A stretch of 64,000 nt of DNA from Lama guanicoe. Its lineage: Eukaryota. The stretch spans positions 1 to 64,000 of the forward strand of contig MU053396.1 of assembly GCA_013239625.1 (NCBI GenBank). Reading direction: 5' to 3'. This document shows positions 26,293 to 38,255 of the stretch, in pieces (the stretch's first letter is position 1; each line of letters begins with the position of its first letter). The notes beneath the pieces were generated by a model that saw nothing but the letters and a program-made list of their open reading frames with translations, had not been told where the DNA came from and did not search any database. The position numbers and the translations under genes are program-made.

Positions 26293-29200
26293 ATGACTCC
26301 GAGCAGGCGGGTCACGACGCCCAGAAGCCTCCTCTTGCTGCTCTCGGGGACCCTGGCCCTGACCGAGACCTGGGCGGGTGAGTGCGGGGTAGGAGGGAAC
26401 GGCCTCTGCGGGGGAGGAGCGAGGGCCCGCCCGGGGACAGGAGGGCAGGACCCCGGGGAAGCAGAGACGTCGCCGCCCTTCCCCCAGACCCCTCACCCCA
26501 CCCGGGTCCCGGCTGCTCCCTCCCTTGCTTCCCGCCCCCTCTTCTCTCCCACCCGATCCCGACTCTTCTCCACCCGCCGCCCCTTTTCCGTCTCACGAGC
26601 TCCCCCGTCCTCCGGGCCCCATCACTTCCGACCCCGGACCCGAGGGGGTAGAAGGGTCGGGCCGGGTCTCACCCCCTCCCCGCCCCCAGGCTCCCACTCT
26701 CTGAGGTATTTCGAGACCGCCGTGTCCCGGCCCGGCGGCGGGGAGCCCCGCTTCATCTCCGTCGGTTACGTGGACGACACGCAGTTCGTGCGGTTCGACA
26801 GCGACGCCCCGAATCCGAGGATGGAGCCGCGGGCGCGGTGGGTGGAGCAGGAGGGGCCAGGGTATTGGAATCGCAATACGCGGTTCTACAAGGACACCGC
26901 ACAGTGGTACCGAGGGAGCCTGAACACCCTGCGCGGCTGCTACAACCAGAGCGAGGCCGGTGAGCGGCGCGGGCCCGGGTCCAGCTCACGACCCCCTCCC
27001 CAGGGACAGGCTGGGGTACCTCGAGTCTCCGGGTTCGAAGGTCACCCCGACATTGAGGGGCCCGCCCGGCCTTCGACCCAGGAAGAGCCGGCGGGACTTG
27101 GACCCGGTTTCATTTTCAGTTAAGGTTTAATCACTGTGGGGGGCGGGGCGGGGTCAGGGTCTCACACCCTCCAGAGCACGTACGGCTGCGACGTGGGGCC
27201 GGACGGGCGGCTCCTCCGCGGGTACTGGCAGTTCGCCTACGACGGCGACGATTACATCGCCCTGAACAGGGACCTGCGCTCCTGGACCGCGGCGGACGCG
27301 GCGGCTCAGATCACCCAGCGCAAGTGGGAGGCGGCCGGTGATGCGGAGCAGCACAGGAACTACCTGGAGGGCGCGTGTGTGGAGTGGCTCCTCCGATACC
27401 TGGAGAACGGGAAGGAGACGCTGCAGCGCGCAGGTACGAGGGGCCGCGGGGCCTCCAGGCCTCCCCTCGGGCTGCAGCTCGGATCCCACGAGGAGGGGAG
27501 GAGGGACCATGCGGGAAACCGCCCGGCTTCCTGCTGCAGAGGGAGGGGTCCGCCCAGGTCCCCATATTTTGTATAACATGGTGTCTCGCCAATAACCCAA
27601 CTTCTCTAAAGGACAATTAAGGAATCCAGTCTCTTTTGGGATAAAGAGGGGGAGACCGTCCCTGAAATAACTGACCCGCGGTGCCCTTTGACCCCGGCCG
27701 CCATCTTGTGAACCAGGACCTTCTTTCTCAGGCTTGTTCTCAGCTCAAGACCCTGTTTGGATCCTGCCTTCACCTTTTCTGAGTCATTTATCCTCCTCCT
27801 TCGTAAACAGGACTCTGTATTCCACCCCGTTACAGCCCTGGAGCCTCCTATCATGTCTTTCATTCTGATTCTTAAACATTCTGAGGACTAGGAGATACCC
27901 CAGATATCCAGGTGCAGGCTGGTGTCTCGGGTTTGTGCTTCTTTTCAAACCCATCATCCTGTCCAGTCTCAGGATGGTCACCTGATGCTGTGTCAGTGGC
28001 CCATGGAGGTAATCCAGAGTGAGAAGTTTCTAATTCTTCTTCCTCAGACCCTCCAAGGACCCATGTGACCCACCACCCCATCTCTGACCATAAGGCCACC
28101 CTGAGGTGCTGGGCCCTGGGCTTCTACCCTGCGGACATCTCACTGACCTGGCAGCGCGATGGGGAGGACCAGGCGCAGGACACGGAGCTCGTGGAGACCA
28201 GGCCTGCAGGGGACGGGACCTTCCAGAAGTGGGCGGCCCTGGTGGTGCCTCCTGGAGAGGAGCAGAGATACACGTGCCATGTGGAGCATGAGGGGCTTGA
28301 GGAGCCCCTCACCTTGAGATGGGGTGAGGAGGGAGAAGGGAGTGGAGCTTCTTCTCAGGTAAAGCAGAAGCCCTTCTTGAGACCTTCAGCAAGACCAGGA
28401 CTCATACCTTAGGTCAGGGCACCTTCCATTCTCTTTGCAGAGCTGATGCCTCAGCCCACCGTCCCCATCATGGGCAGAATTGTTGGCCTGGTTCTCTTTG
28501 TGGTCGCTGTAGCTGTGGTGGCGGGAGCTGTGATCTGGGGGAAGAGGAGCTCAGGTAGGGAAGGGGGGAGGGGATGTGAGTTTTCTTGTCTCACTGGGGT
28601 TTCAAGCCCAGGTAGAAGTTTGGCTACCTTGTTTTTGGGAGATACTATTCACACACACATGCTTGCCAGTCTGGAGCTGAGTGCTAAGACTTTTAAAGCA
28701 CCTGTAAAAATGAGAGACAAATATCTCACCTTGATAATTCCAGTTGAGGATCAGATTCCCAGCAGTCAAAGGTCAGAGCGATAGACCCCCATTTAAGACA
28801 GCCTTCAAGAAGGCAGCTGGTCCAGTCCCCCTACATGTCCTTCCTACTTCTTCCTTTTCCTGGCCCAGATTTTTCGTCTGCAAGTTCTGAAAGTTCTAAA
28901 AATTTCTCTGTGGTCCAGGACAAAGGATTCCTCTCATGACTCACTCTTCTCCATGGCCTCTCACAAAATGTCTTCTTCTAACAGGTGAAAACGGAGGGAG
29001 ATTTGCTCAGGCTGCAAGTAAGTGTGAAGTGAATGTGGTTCCTGAGACCCTTCTGGTGGCGGAGCCTGGAGGCCATGGGTTCCGTCTCTAGTTTCTCTCC
29101 TGTGTTTCTCTGTGTTTCTCTCCTGTCCTGATTTTGTTCTCTCCGAGGCAGTGACAGTGCCCAGGGCTCTGAGGTTTCACTCACGCATCCCAGAGGTGAG

Positions 29201-29364
29201 ACCCTGGAGGGCCTAGATTGGGAGACGGGTTGGGGCAGAGGGGATGCCCTGGGTGTGGGGATTCTCTGAGTGGGACATTTTGAGCATGTGGGGGGCTGTT
29301 GAGAATGTCAGCACTTCCATGACTGACCTGAATCGGTTCATGATTCTCTTCTTTGACAGTGTGA
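26293..29364 (+). CDS. MHC class I heavy chain, copy B, intact 368-aa spliced ORF (exons 26293-26377, 26690-26959, 27158-27433, 28048-28323, 28441-28554, 28985-29017, 29148-29195, 29360-29364)
   Basis: All introns GT-AG. Exon sizes 85/270/276/276/114/33/48/5 keep frame with no stops. Conserved Y7, Y59, T143, K146, W147, Y159, Y171, N86 sequon, C101-C164 and alpha3 cysteines. AATAAA at 29677 and 29769. Confidence 0.9.
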
Positions 29365-32300
29365 GACAGCTACCTTGTGAGGGACTGAGTGATGCAACAT
29401 TTGTTCACGACCCACTTTGTGACTTCAGATCCCCTGACTCCTGTTTCTGCAGCTGCACCTGAATATGTCTGTGCTCCTATTAGCATAATGTGAGGAGGTG
29501 GGGAGACTGGCCCACCCCTGCCCCCCACACCCCTCCCCCCCACCCTCTCCCCACCCTGACCTGTGTTCTGTTCCCTGGTTGACTTTCCTTTTCCAGCAGA
29601 AGCAGGGCTGGGCCGTCTCCATCCCTGTCTTAACTTTGTGTTGTACTTTGTAATAATGTTTTACTCTCCTAATGAAAATAAATCTGGGCATGAATTTTTC
29701 TTTTATAATTGGTACCATGAGGCTTGAGGAGATAGTAAAGGTGAGGATTCCTAAAGTTTGAGAGTGGAAATAAATGGAGCACTGAGAAACTTCCAGAACC
29801 TGCGTGTTTGTTGTACTGAGCCTGTTGCAGGGGGTTCAGAAGGTTATGAGGAGTGAGTGTGAACAGGGACTGTGCCCAGAGAGTGCTCAGTTCCTTGTGA
29901 GCTGTGAAGTGGTTACTACTTGGATGGGCCATCTTCTCTGTTCCTGTGTCCCTGTAATTTCTGTAGAACCTGGTCCCACCAGGACCTGTGATCACAAGGA
30001 CTCCGAGTCACCTGTGCCATGTCCTGTCTCGAGGACATTGACAGCAAGGGCTTCTTGTGAGCGTGTCAGCCTAGCCTCAGGGCAGAGTCCAGCCCTCAGC
30101 CTCTGTCTTTGTACCATGTGTTCATATTTTGCCTATTTTGGGTTTTTATAATTATGATGTTCTTTTTCATGTGTAGAGTTCTAGACTCATTCTGCTCTGG
30201 GTTTCTGCCATCTCTTACACCAGGAGGAATCATTTTTGCCTGTCACTGTTCCCATAATTCCAAGGAGATCCTGCACACAGGATCTCAGTGGTATCAAGAG
30301 AGAAACTCAGCATTGTCCAGCTCTGGCCTGATTCTTCTTTCATCTTTCTCCCTTCTTTTTTAAGGAAATAGATTCTAGAATTAACAAAGAGAAGGGACCC
30401 AAAAGTTTCCCAACTTCACTTAATTCTTGCTGGAATACTGTATTCTCTGCAGCCACTCCCTCTTTCTGCCCTTAGATCTAGTGACCCTAGTGCTGGCTCT
30501 GGGGAAACTCATGGTTTATACCACATTATCTAATGTAGAGTCACAGCAGGTTGGAATAGGAGACTCATAAGTATAGGATCTTCTTTTCTGAAAATATATA
30601 TATAACTGTCTACGCTGTGGAGACAGGTTGCTATGGGATGGTGTGGAGATCACCATTTGTGAGAGATGGAAATATGATTTAGGGGATAAAAACGTTCCAA
30701 AATTCATTGTGGCTATGGTCACACCTCTCTATGAATATGTTGTAATCAATTCTTTCCAATAGTTGAATGAGATGTGTGATTTATATCTCAATAAAGCTGT
30801 TCTAACAAAAGGTTCTGGCCCCATATCAGATGAAGCAGAGATGCCAGAACCACCGTGGTGATTGAAAAGAAAGACATGAAAAAGCTCAAGGAAGTGAACA
30901 TTCTAGCATAAAATAAAACTGGAAGAAACCCAGGTGTCTGTCTTCCAAAGGAAACTTTCTCAGGCAATAAGGACTGAGCAAGTGAGCAGAGTAGTAACCT
31001 TAGTGTGTCTATCCTTTGTAGGCAGGGACTGACTCTAGGAGATAATATTACAGCAGCAACAGGGATACTATGGTCCCAGAAAGTCAGAGGACAGGAGACA
31101 GCAAGACAAACAAGGACTAAATTCCTAAAAAACAGCAATGTCACAATGGAAGCTGGAAGTTCTGACTGCAAGGTCTTTATGGAAATGCTTAGTAGATTGT
31201 GGTGTTTCTAGGGGCAAGGTGGATGGACAGCCAACAACAGTCGCTTAACGTGATGATTAATAGATATGAATAACTGAATTTTAGGCTGAGATGAGTTGCC
31301 TAATAGATAGTTACCATCCCTTATCCACTTTCCAGACCTGAGGCAATTCTCAGACCCAGGACTTACTGGCTGAAGGGAGCCGAGGTCCCGTGAGGAAATA
31401 CCCTGTGATACATGGCAACTGTGTGCAGTAGGAATTCCGCACGTTCTCCCGTGTAGGTACCAACGGCTATTTTTTAGATTTCCATTCATTGACAAAAGGG
31501 AAGATCTAGGTCACTTTATATATATTGGATAAAGTCCAATTTGACACTGATACCTGGGAACCGAAGTCCATTATGAAACCACATTAGATGAGAAGTTGTT
31601 GGGTTACAGGAGGACTTAATTCAAGTCCTGTCTTAAGTCCATCTGTATCTCAGTGGGTTCTCTGTGTCCACACGTCCACTACTGGGAATTTACCCAGTTT
31701 CCAAATATCTTATTGGAGGGAACATATGCAGAGCTGGTCAGAATCCTCATGTTGGTTCTTTGACCTTTGGGGTAAAAGCTTTTAGTGAGAAAAGCCAAGT
31801 AGAAGCCCCTGAAAAGCCCCCGAAGCTCAGCCAAGATGGAACATTAAAGACAATGTTGTATCTTGGGGGTAATGACAGAGGTAAACGTCCTCAGAGAGTT
31901 AAACAATGAGACGGGGTCCCTCTCACACAAGCACTTGTTTCACCCCTGAGGTTCTTGCAGAAACCGGAAGGGTCACAGCCAATGGCAGTGAGACAGCACT
32001 AACTCAGTACTGCTGCCTTTCTTTTCGTTTCCTACCTTTATGTTTCTATCCCCACAGTTCTCTCTTTTAATCCCAAATTACCTGGAAGACTGGGCCAGGT
32101 TTTCAAGAACATAGTTTTGATCTGGATTGCTGTGGAGTGAGCACCAAATCCTGTGAGCTTGATCTCTTTATTTATTCCAGTCTCCTCACTCCTAGCCTCA
32201 GCCCCGTGAGAGGCCATGATGTGAGAGGTTCCCAAAGTCACCCTGTGGTTGGCAAACTCTACGTGGGTCCCCAGGGTTCCCTCCTCTAGAATCACGTCCT

Positions 32301-32516
32301 TATGTAAGATATACTTTTGAAATTTAAACTGGACCTAATGACTTGCATGTAACAAGTAGAGCACAGCAGCTGCTGGGCTGTATATTTTGGAATCACTCGG
32401 GGAAGAGACACGAGGGACCTGGGGTCAGTTGTCTCAGGCTGGCTGTCCAGGCCAGGCTGAGGCAGCAGACATATCCCATGGAGCCCAATGACAATGACCC
32501 TGCCCTCCTTTCCTAC

Positions 32517-32880
32517 CTGAACAGTTTCTCCTCTAGATCTGAGCCCCCACAGCCCCTGCCATCAGACAGGATGAGGAGGAGGAGGAGACACCAGCAGTGA
32601 TTCTCATCCTGGCTGGAATGTTGAGGGAACTGTCTGTAAAAAGGAGAGGACAGAAGTGAACAAAAGAAGGTTACCAAATCTAACACCTGGTGACCCACAC
32701 GCTCCCCGAGGTCAGACCCCATGCAGAAAGATGAGGAGGGTAACAGTCTCCAGTCTCCCTGTGCTGCCCCCTGGGGCCCAGCTCTCTCTTCTCCAACTAC
32801 AATAATGCCCCAGGGGCCCACAGAGGCACTGTGAATATATCTCTGTTTATCTCCAGAACAGACCACCAACACGACATGCC
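32517..32880 (-). pseudogene. Inverted decayed class I relic (exon 4 3' part plus 117-nt exon 5), unit B copy; unit C copy at about 61172-61550
   Basis: tttttacag|AC...TGTTCAG|gtagga defines a 117-nt phase 1-1 exon (32633-32517): SSLNIPARMRITAGV...MAGAVGAQI*RRNCS. Upstream LVVCSGDKQRYIH resembles alpha3. Confidence 0.65.
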
Positions 32881-34713
32881 CCTAGGAAGTCCTATTCTCT
32901 CAATATATATTAATTGTGTGTGTGCAGCAGAAACGCAAGTAACAGTGGTCTAGCAGGATGGAAGCTTGTCTGTGTCTCCATGACAGGGAGGCAGGCAGTT
33001 CCAAGGCAGCTCGGTCACGGTGCACCATGAGGTTGTCCATGTATCCAAGTCACTTGACCTCCCTTCTCTACGGTCCCTGGCATCCTGTGCATGTTGACAT
33101 AACCCAAGTTACCTAAGACCATATTAAATGAACAACCAGAGATAGCAAAGGCAGTGGAAAATTCTTTTCTTTAAGATCAAAATTTAAAACTACACTTCTG
33201 GGTCATCATATTGTCCAGAACTTAATCACAGAACTGGGGTCTTTATTACTTGATTTATTATATAACCTATTGTTACTTCTCTTGCCTGAAAACAGCCTCT
33301 TGTTTTGTTCCTTTGAGATTACTATTACTGAGACCAGTTCAAGGGCAAGCATGTGACCAGGCTTAGATCACAAAATGGCTCAGGCCCCAAATGATTTCTT
33401 TTATTGTCAAAAACGCTGTACCTGCCTCATTTCCTCTGGAGACCCCTATCCTGTCTGCCTACAACACCAGCAAAGTGGAATCACCAGAAGGGACTTTGTG
33501 GGGTCCTGTATGACAGCAGGCTGGAAGGAACAGTGGGAGCCCAGAATCTGCCGGCAGGATGACAAGGAAAGAAATACATGGTTCACTTTAGTGATTGCTC
33601 TTTCCTATGTAAGAGACTGGAAAATTCATGGGAAACGTTCAGAGTGGACCCTCTCTCAGGTTGACACAGAACCACAGAGAAACCTTCCAAAGGACACCAT
33701 GATGCTTGTATCCAGGACGGTGCTCTGTGAACACAGCTCAGTCCTGCAGATCATCTTGTCCAACGTGGACCCGCAGTGACAATGAGTGTTCAGTGATGTG
33801 CAGCCTGTGTGTGGACTATTCCAGGGCAGAGGCCGCACTGCCTGGTGGTCCCCTCTCTGACCTGGGACGTCCCTGTGCAGACAGACTCTGAGGTGGTACC
33901 CAAGGATCTCTGTCCCCTGGGAGTCACACTTTGTGGAATCTAACCAGGAGTATGGGTGGGACCTAGGACTTGCTTCTAACCAATAGAATGTGACAACGGG
34001 GATGTCACCCCTGTAGTCAGATCCTAGAAGAGCATGACCGCATCCTGCTAGCTGACCACTACTGTCCACATGGCTCATAAGCTCTGGCGCAGCCAGCCGC
34101 TGTTCTGAAAAGGCCCACGTGGCGAGGAGCTGAGGTCAGCGCCCGACCCACAGCCAGCAAGAGACTGAGGCCCCTAGTCTGACTGCCCACAGGGAGCCGC
34201 TCAGGCCTCTTCCCTAAGGCAGCCCTTCCCTTTCCTGAGGACACACCCCCCCACTTTCCCTTTACCAGCACACACCTCAGGCTCTCTCTCTATCTGAGTT
34301 GTTCTCCTCTCCCCCCATCCAGGAGCCCAGCAGGGAGCGGCAGGCAGGGAGGGAGGACGTGCTGGGAGTAGGGCTGCGGTGTCGCCTCGGACCAGACGGT
34401 ACCAGGGAGTCAGAGGGAAGGAGAGAAGTCAGGGCAGCAGGGATGGGAAGGATGGAGTGACCACCCCTGTGACTCTCAGGGGCACGTGGGGCTGTGCTTT
34501 CGGGCTGTGAGATAACACAGTGAGGAGTAAACTCTGCGTGGTCCCTGCTGGTCTCTCCTTCAGCATCTGGATCGTCCAGATCACAGCCTGAATCCAAACA
34601 CCACTGATGCCCCACAGTCCGGTGTGACCCTCCCCTCCCAGCACCTCCAGCAAACACACCCCATCAACCAGTGAAAAACCAAGTCTCCTGTCAGCCACAC
34701 CCCATGGACTCAC

Positions 34714-37261
34714 CTGTACGGGGTGTGAGAAACACAGCAGACTCCTGGCCAGTCTCAGAGCCTGGAGGGGAAGGGAAGCTGTCAGAGCCCCCAGAGGAGG
34801 GGACCCTCAGTGAGGCAGGTGAACAGTGCAGGGAGTCAGCGTGACAGAGCGGGGACACACTTGGGCTCAGTGTTAACACTCTCCAGAGTCATGGCTCAGC
34901 CAACTGAGAGTCAATCAGGCTCTCAGAGGCCTCAGTTTCCTTGTCTGTAAAATGGGGTTGATAGCTGTCCCTATCTCAGAGGGCTCTTGTGAGGTTTAAA
35001 TGATTTAATTCACGTTAATTCCTTAAAATAGTATCTGATCCTTTTATTTGAAGAATCCTGGGAAAAAAGAAAGTCCATGGATTTAGCTCCTGATAGCTTT
35101 TTCGAAGATGATTAGGACCCACTTTCTCAACACGCATCCCCTGTGCCTCTTCTTACGAGCAGAATGAGAGCTGTTCCAATTTTTCTGTCCCCTGTGGTGG
35201 GAGGGGCACCACTAGGAATCCAGGGTGGACCTAAGGGTGAGGAAGTGTCAGAGCAATGCAGACTCATACACCATGAACACAGACATACACATACAAAGAC
35301 CCACACATGCTTATATACACACATATACACCAACCTCCACACTCAAGTGCCACACACGTCTCTATACCCACATGAACCCACACAGACAGACACACATGTA
35401 CATTACCCTCTCCCTCCACTTCTGCCAGTTCAGCTCAGGGCCCAGCTTACTCCTGCTTCATCTTTATGAAAAATTAAGGATCCTGCTGGAGGCGAGCTTA
35501 AGAATTTTTGTCCCACTAGAAAGAGACCCATTCCCCAGGCATCTGGTGTCTTCCAGGTCTCACAGGGCCCTGCTCCTGAAACCCTCAGAGAGAGGCCGAG
35601 GACATGATTTCACGTCAGGGTCTTGGGGTCCAGAGGCAGCCACATGCCCTGGCCTAACCTGGATTTGGGCTCTGGAAGGTCACAAGGTCTCCAGCGTCCC
35701 AGCTCACCTGTAGCTTCCCCGCTGGCCCTCCCACCAGGCAGGGTCCCCCCAGGCTTTGCCGCACAGCAGGGGTCTGCACACTGGCTGCAGGAGTCACAAG
35801 GACAGGAGATGTGATTCCATCCCTTGGGGTAAGAGACCCTTAGGTCAGAACAATAAATCTAAGGTTCTCTTCTTCATCTGGTTTCTGTTGTTCTAGGTCA
35901 CATTTCTTGCGAGCAAAGTTCCAATAATCTAAATTCCTGCAAACACAACCCCACTGATGACAGCTCCAAGGAGAACCTGGCCTGTAAATGTGCCCTTGAT
36001 GGGGATGTTGGGCTGGGAAGACTGATATCAGGAGGAAAAAAGAGTGACCTCACATCTGAACCTGGTCCTGCTGAAAGTCTCTAGTGGGCTGGCACTTCCC
36101 CGAGAAGAAGCTCCACCCCCGTCCCCCTCGTCACCGCATCTCAGGCTGAGGGGCTCCTGAAGCCCCTTGTGCTGCACATGGCACGTGTATCTCTGCTCCT
36201 CTCCAGGAGGCACCACCAGGGCCGCCCACTTCTGGAAGGTCCCGTCCCCTGCAGGCCTGGTCTCCACGAGCTCCGTGTCCTGGGCCTGGTCCTCCCCATC
36301 ACGTTGCCAGGTCAGTGAGATCTCCGCAGGGTAGAAGCTCAGGGCCCAGCATCTCAGGGTGACGTCCCTCTTGGGCTGGGATGTGGGTCAGGTGGGTCTA
36401 GAGGCTGTGTGATAGACAAAGCAGGGGGAATGCAGGGAAGGGCCTGTTCAGCTGCATCGACTCCAAAGACAAACATGCTATAACTCCTGATGGTCTGGCC
36501 AAAAACCAGCGCGAGGCAGTGCAGGTCCTCCTAGCAGGAGGAGAAGGGAACAGGCACTAAGCAAAACCGGCACCAAGACTAGGGCGTGAGAAGTCTGTCC
36601 AACATTCTCCTCCAGGATAGGAGCCTCTTCCAAGACTCTGCTCCCTCTTATCAAGCCCATTAGTCCATGTTTCTAGATAAACATTTTTAGACACTCCTAG
36701 CTGCCTGGTCTCTAGTGAGAAAGGGCCTGTGATGTGAATATAAACCTCTGAGAGCCTGGGAACTAGCCCTGTGCTCTCCTGGCAGTGGTTTCATAACAGA
36801 GGGGCCCAAGAAGAACGGGTGAGGTGGCCCCGCCCAGGAGGCTGGGATGGATGAGGTGTCCTCACTCCCTGTCCCCATCCATCCCACAGGGCATGTCCGA
36901 GTCCCCTTGGCTTGATGGGTTCTGGGGAGCCCCCAGCACCGTGGAGAGAGAACTGGCCAAAGCGGGGTGCTGGCGGAGGACTGAGTGGGCCACGGGAGGT
37001 CATTCCCAGTGTGGTTCACACTGTCCCCTCCGAGCTCCAAATCTCTCCGCAGCCACAGGACGCACTCCTCAAATACACCCTTTCTCTCTCTATGAAGTTC
37101 CCCCTGGACCTCCATTTTTGTGCAGTGGCCATGAAGGAGACTGCAGTGTGCTCCAAGAGTCCATATCCAGGCTCGTGGATTCATCACCATCACAGCTAGG
37201 GCCCCATGGTCCTTCCATCCTCCCAGAACTCATGGTCATAGGTGAACTCGAGGGGCAGGGG
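34714..37261 (-). pseudogene. Inverted divergent MHC class I pseudogene: exon 3 about 37261-37007, exon 4 about 36404-36135, exon 5 about 36022-35900, possible exon 6 35482-35451, exon 7 34761-34714
   Basis: Alpha2-like LEFTYDHEFWEDGR...SCDGDESTSLD...VFEECVLWLRRDLELGGDSVNHT. Alpha3 [68 protein letters not shown]-like SSQPNIPIKGTFTGQVLLGAVISGVVFAGI*. 48-nt exon 7. Frameshifts, stops and a lost exon 3 donor. Confidence 0.8.
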
Positions 37262-37391
37262 CTGGCCCGCCCCCAAGCCCAGGCAGTGTCAGTCAGGCAG
37301 TCGGGCCTCCAAGGCCTCTCCATCCATGGTCCCTTCCCCTCCTCACTCCTATTCTCTTGGCTTCTCCTTAGAGGACATTCACATTGTAGAT

Positions 37392-38255
37392 TGTGACACT
37401 GTGACACAGTAAGAAGGATATGTTTGAGTGTTCATCCAGGGTCCCCAGCACAGCTCCTACAACCTTTGTAACCTCCTAAACCTTGAGCACAGCAGAACAT
37501 CTCTTATTATAATACTTGATTTTTGTTCCCAGTTCCTGAAACAGCTCCAGAGCAGTACGGTGACAGGAGCATGTCTTTATAATATGCAATCTGTTGTCCT
37601 CTAGTCCTGGAAAAGTTCTGAGTGTAAAGGTGAATACACCTGTCCTTCATCACAAGCCCCTCACAACCCCACCTGAGTTTATGTTAACAAGCTGATAACC
37701 GCAGGATGCGGGCTCGTTGCCCAGGGAACCAACTTTGGGATTGGGAGGTTGGAACTTTCATCCTCATCACCGACTCCCGGAAGGAGGAATGGCTGGGACT
37801 GAGCTCAGTCACAGTGGCCAATGGTTTAATCAACCACGTCTATGTAATGAAGCCTCCACAGAGAGAACAGAGTCCAGAGAGCGTCGGTACTGGGGGTACA
37901 TTGAGGTGCTAGGAGGGTGACACATGTGCAGATGGGACGGAAGCTCTACACCCTCCTAATCCATGCATCTTGCCCCTGGAACTTCCTGAGTTGTATCTTT
38001 CTGTAATAAACCGATAATCTAGTCAGGAAACACTTTGTTCAGTTCTGTGAACCATCCTAGCAAATTGTCAAACCAGAGCAGGAGGCCATGGGAACCCCTG
38101 ATTTATAGCCACTTGGTCAGAAGCCTAGGTAACAACATGGAGCTGAATTGGCATCTGAAGTGGGGCCAGTCTTGGGGGACTGAGCCCTTCATGGCTGGGG
38201 TCTCAGGCAGTCAGTGTCAGAATCGGTTGGTGTCGAAAACACATATATTTGGTTT
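37392..38255 (+). mobile_element. MER21-like LTR immediately 5' of the inverted pseudogene's exon 3
   Basis: Starts tgtgac...aagaaggatatgtttg...ccagcacagctcct; internal aataaa; end resembles MER21. Assigned by eye. Confidence 0.55.

Noticed and set aside
35708..35784. Extra 77-nt exon of the inverted gene (ctgcag|...|gtgag)
   Set aside because: Splice-like borders are present, but there is no recognisable class I homology and the length breaks frame.
36687..37261. MIC pseudogene
   Set aside because: The linked alpha3, TM and 48-nt exon 7 follow the class I heavy-chain pattern and I see no MIC-specific motifs. Only a phylogeny can fully exclude it.
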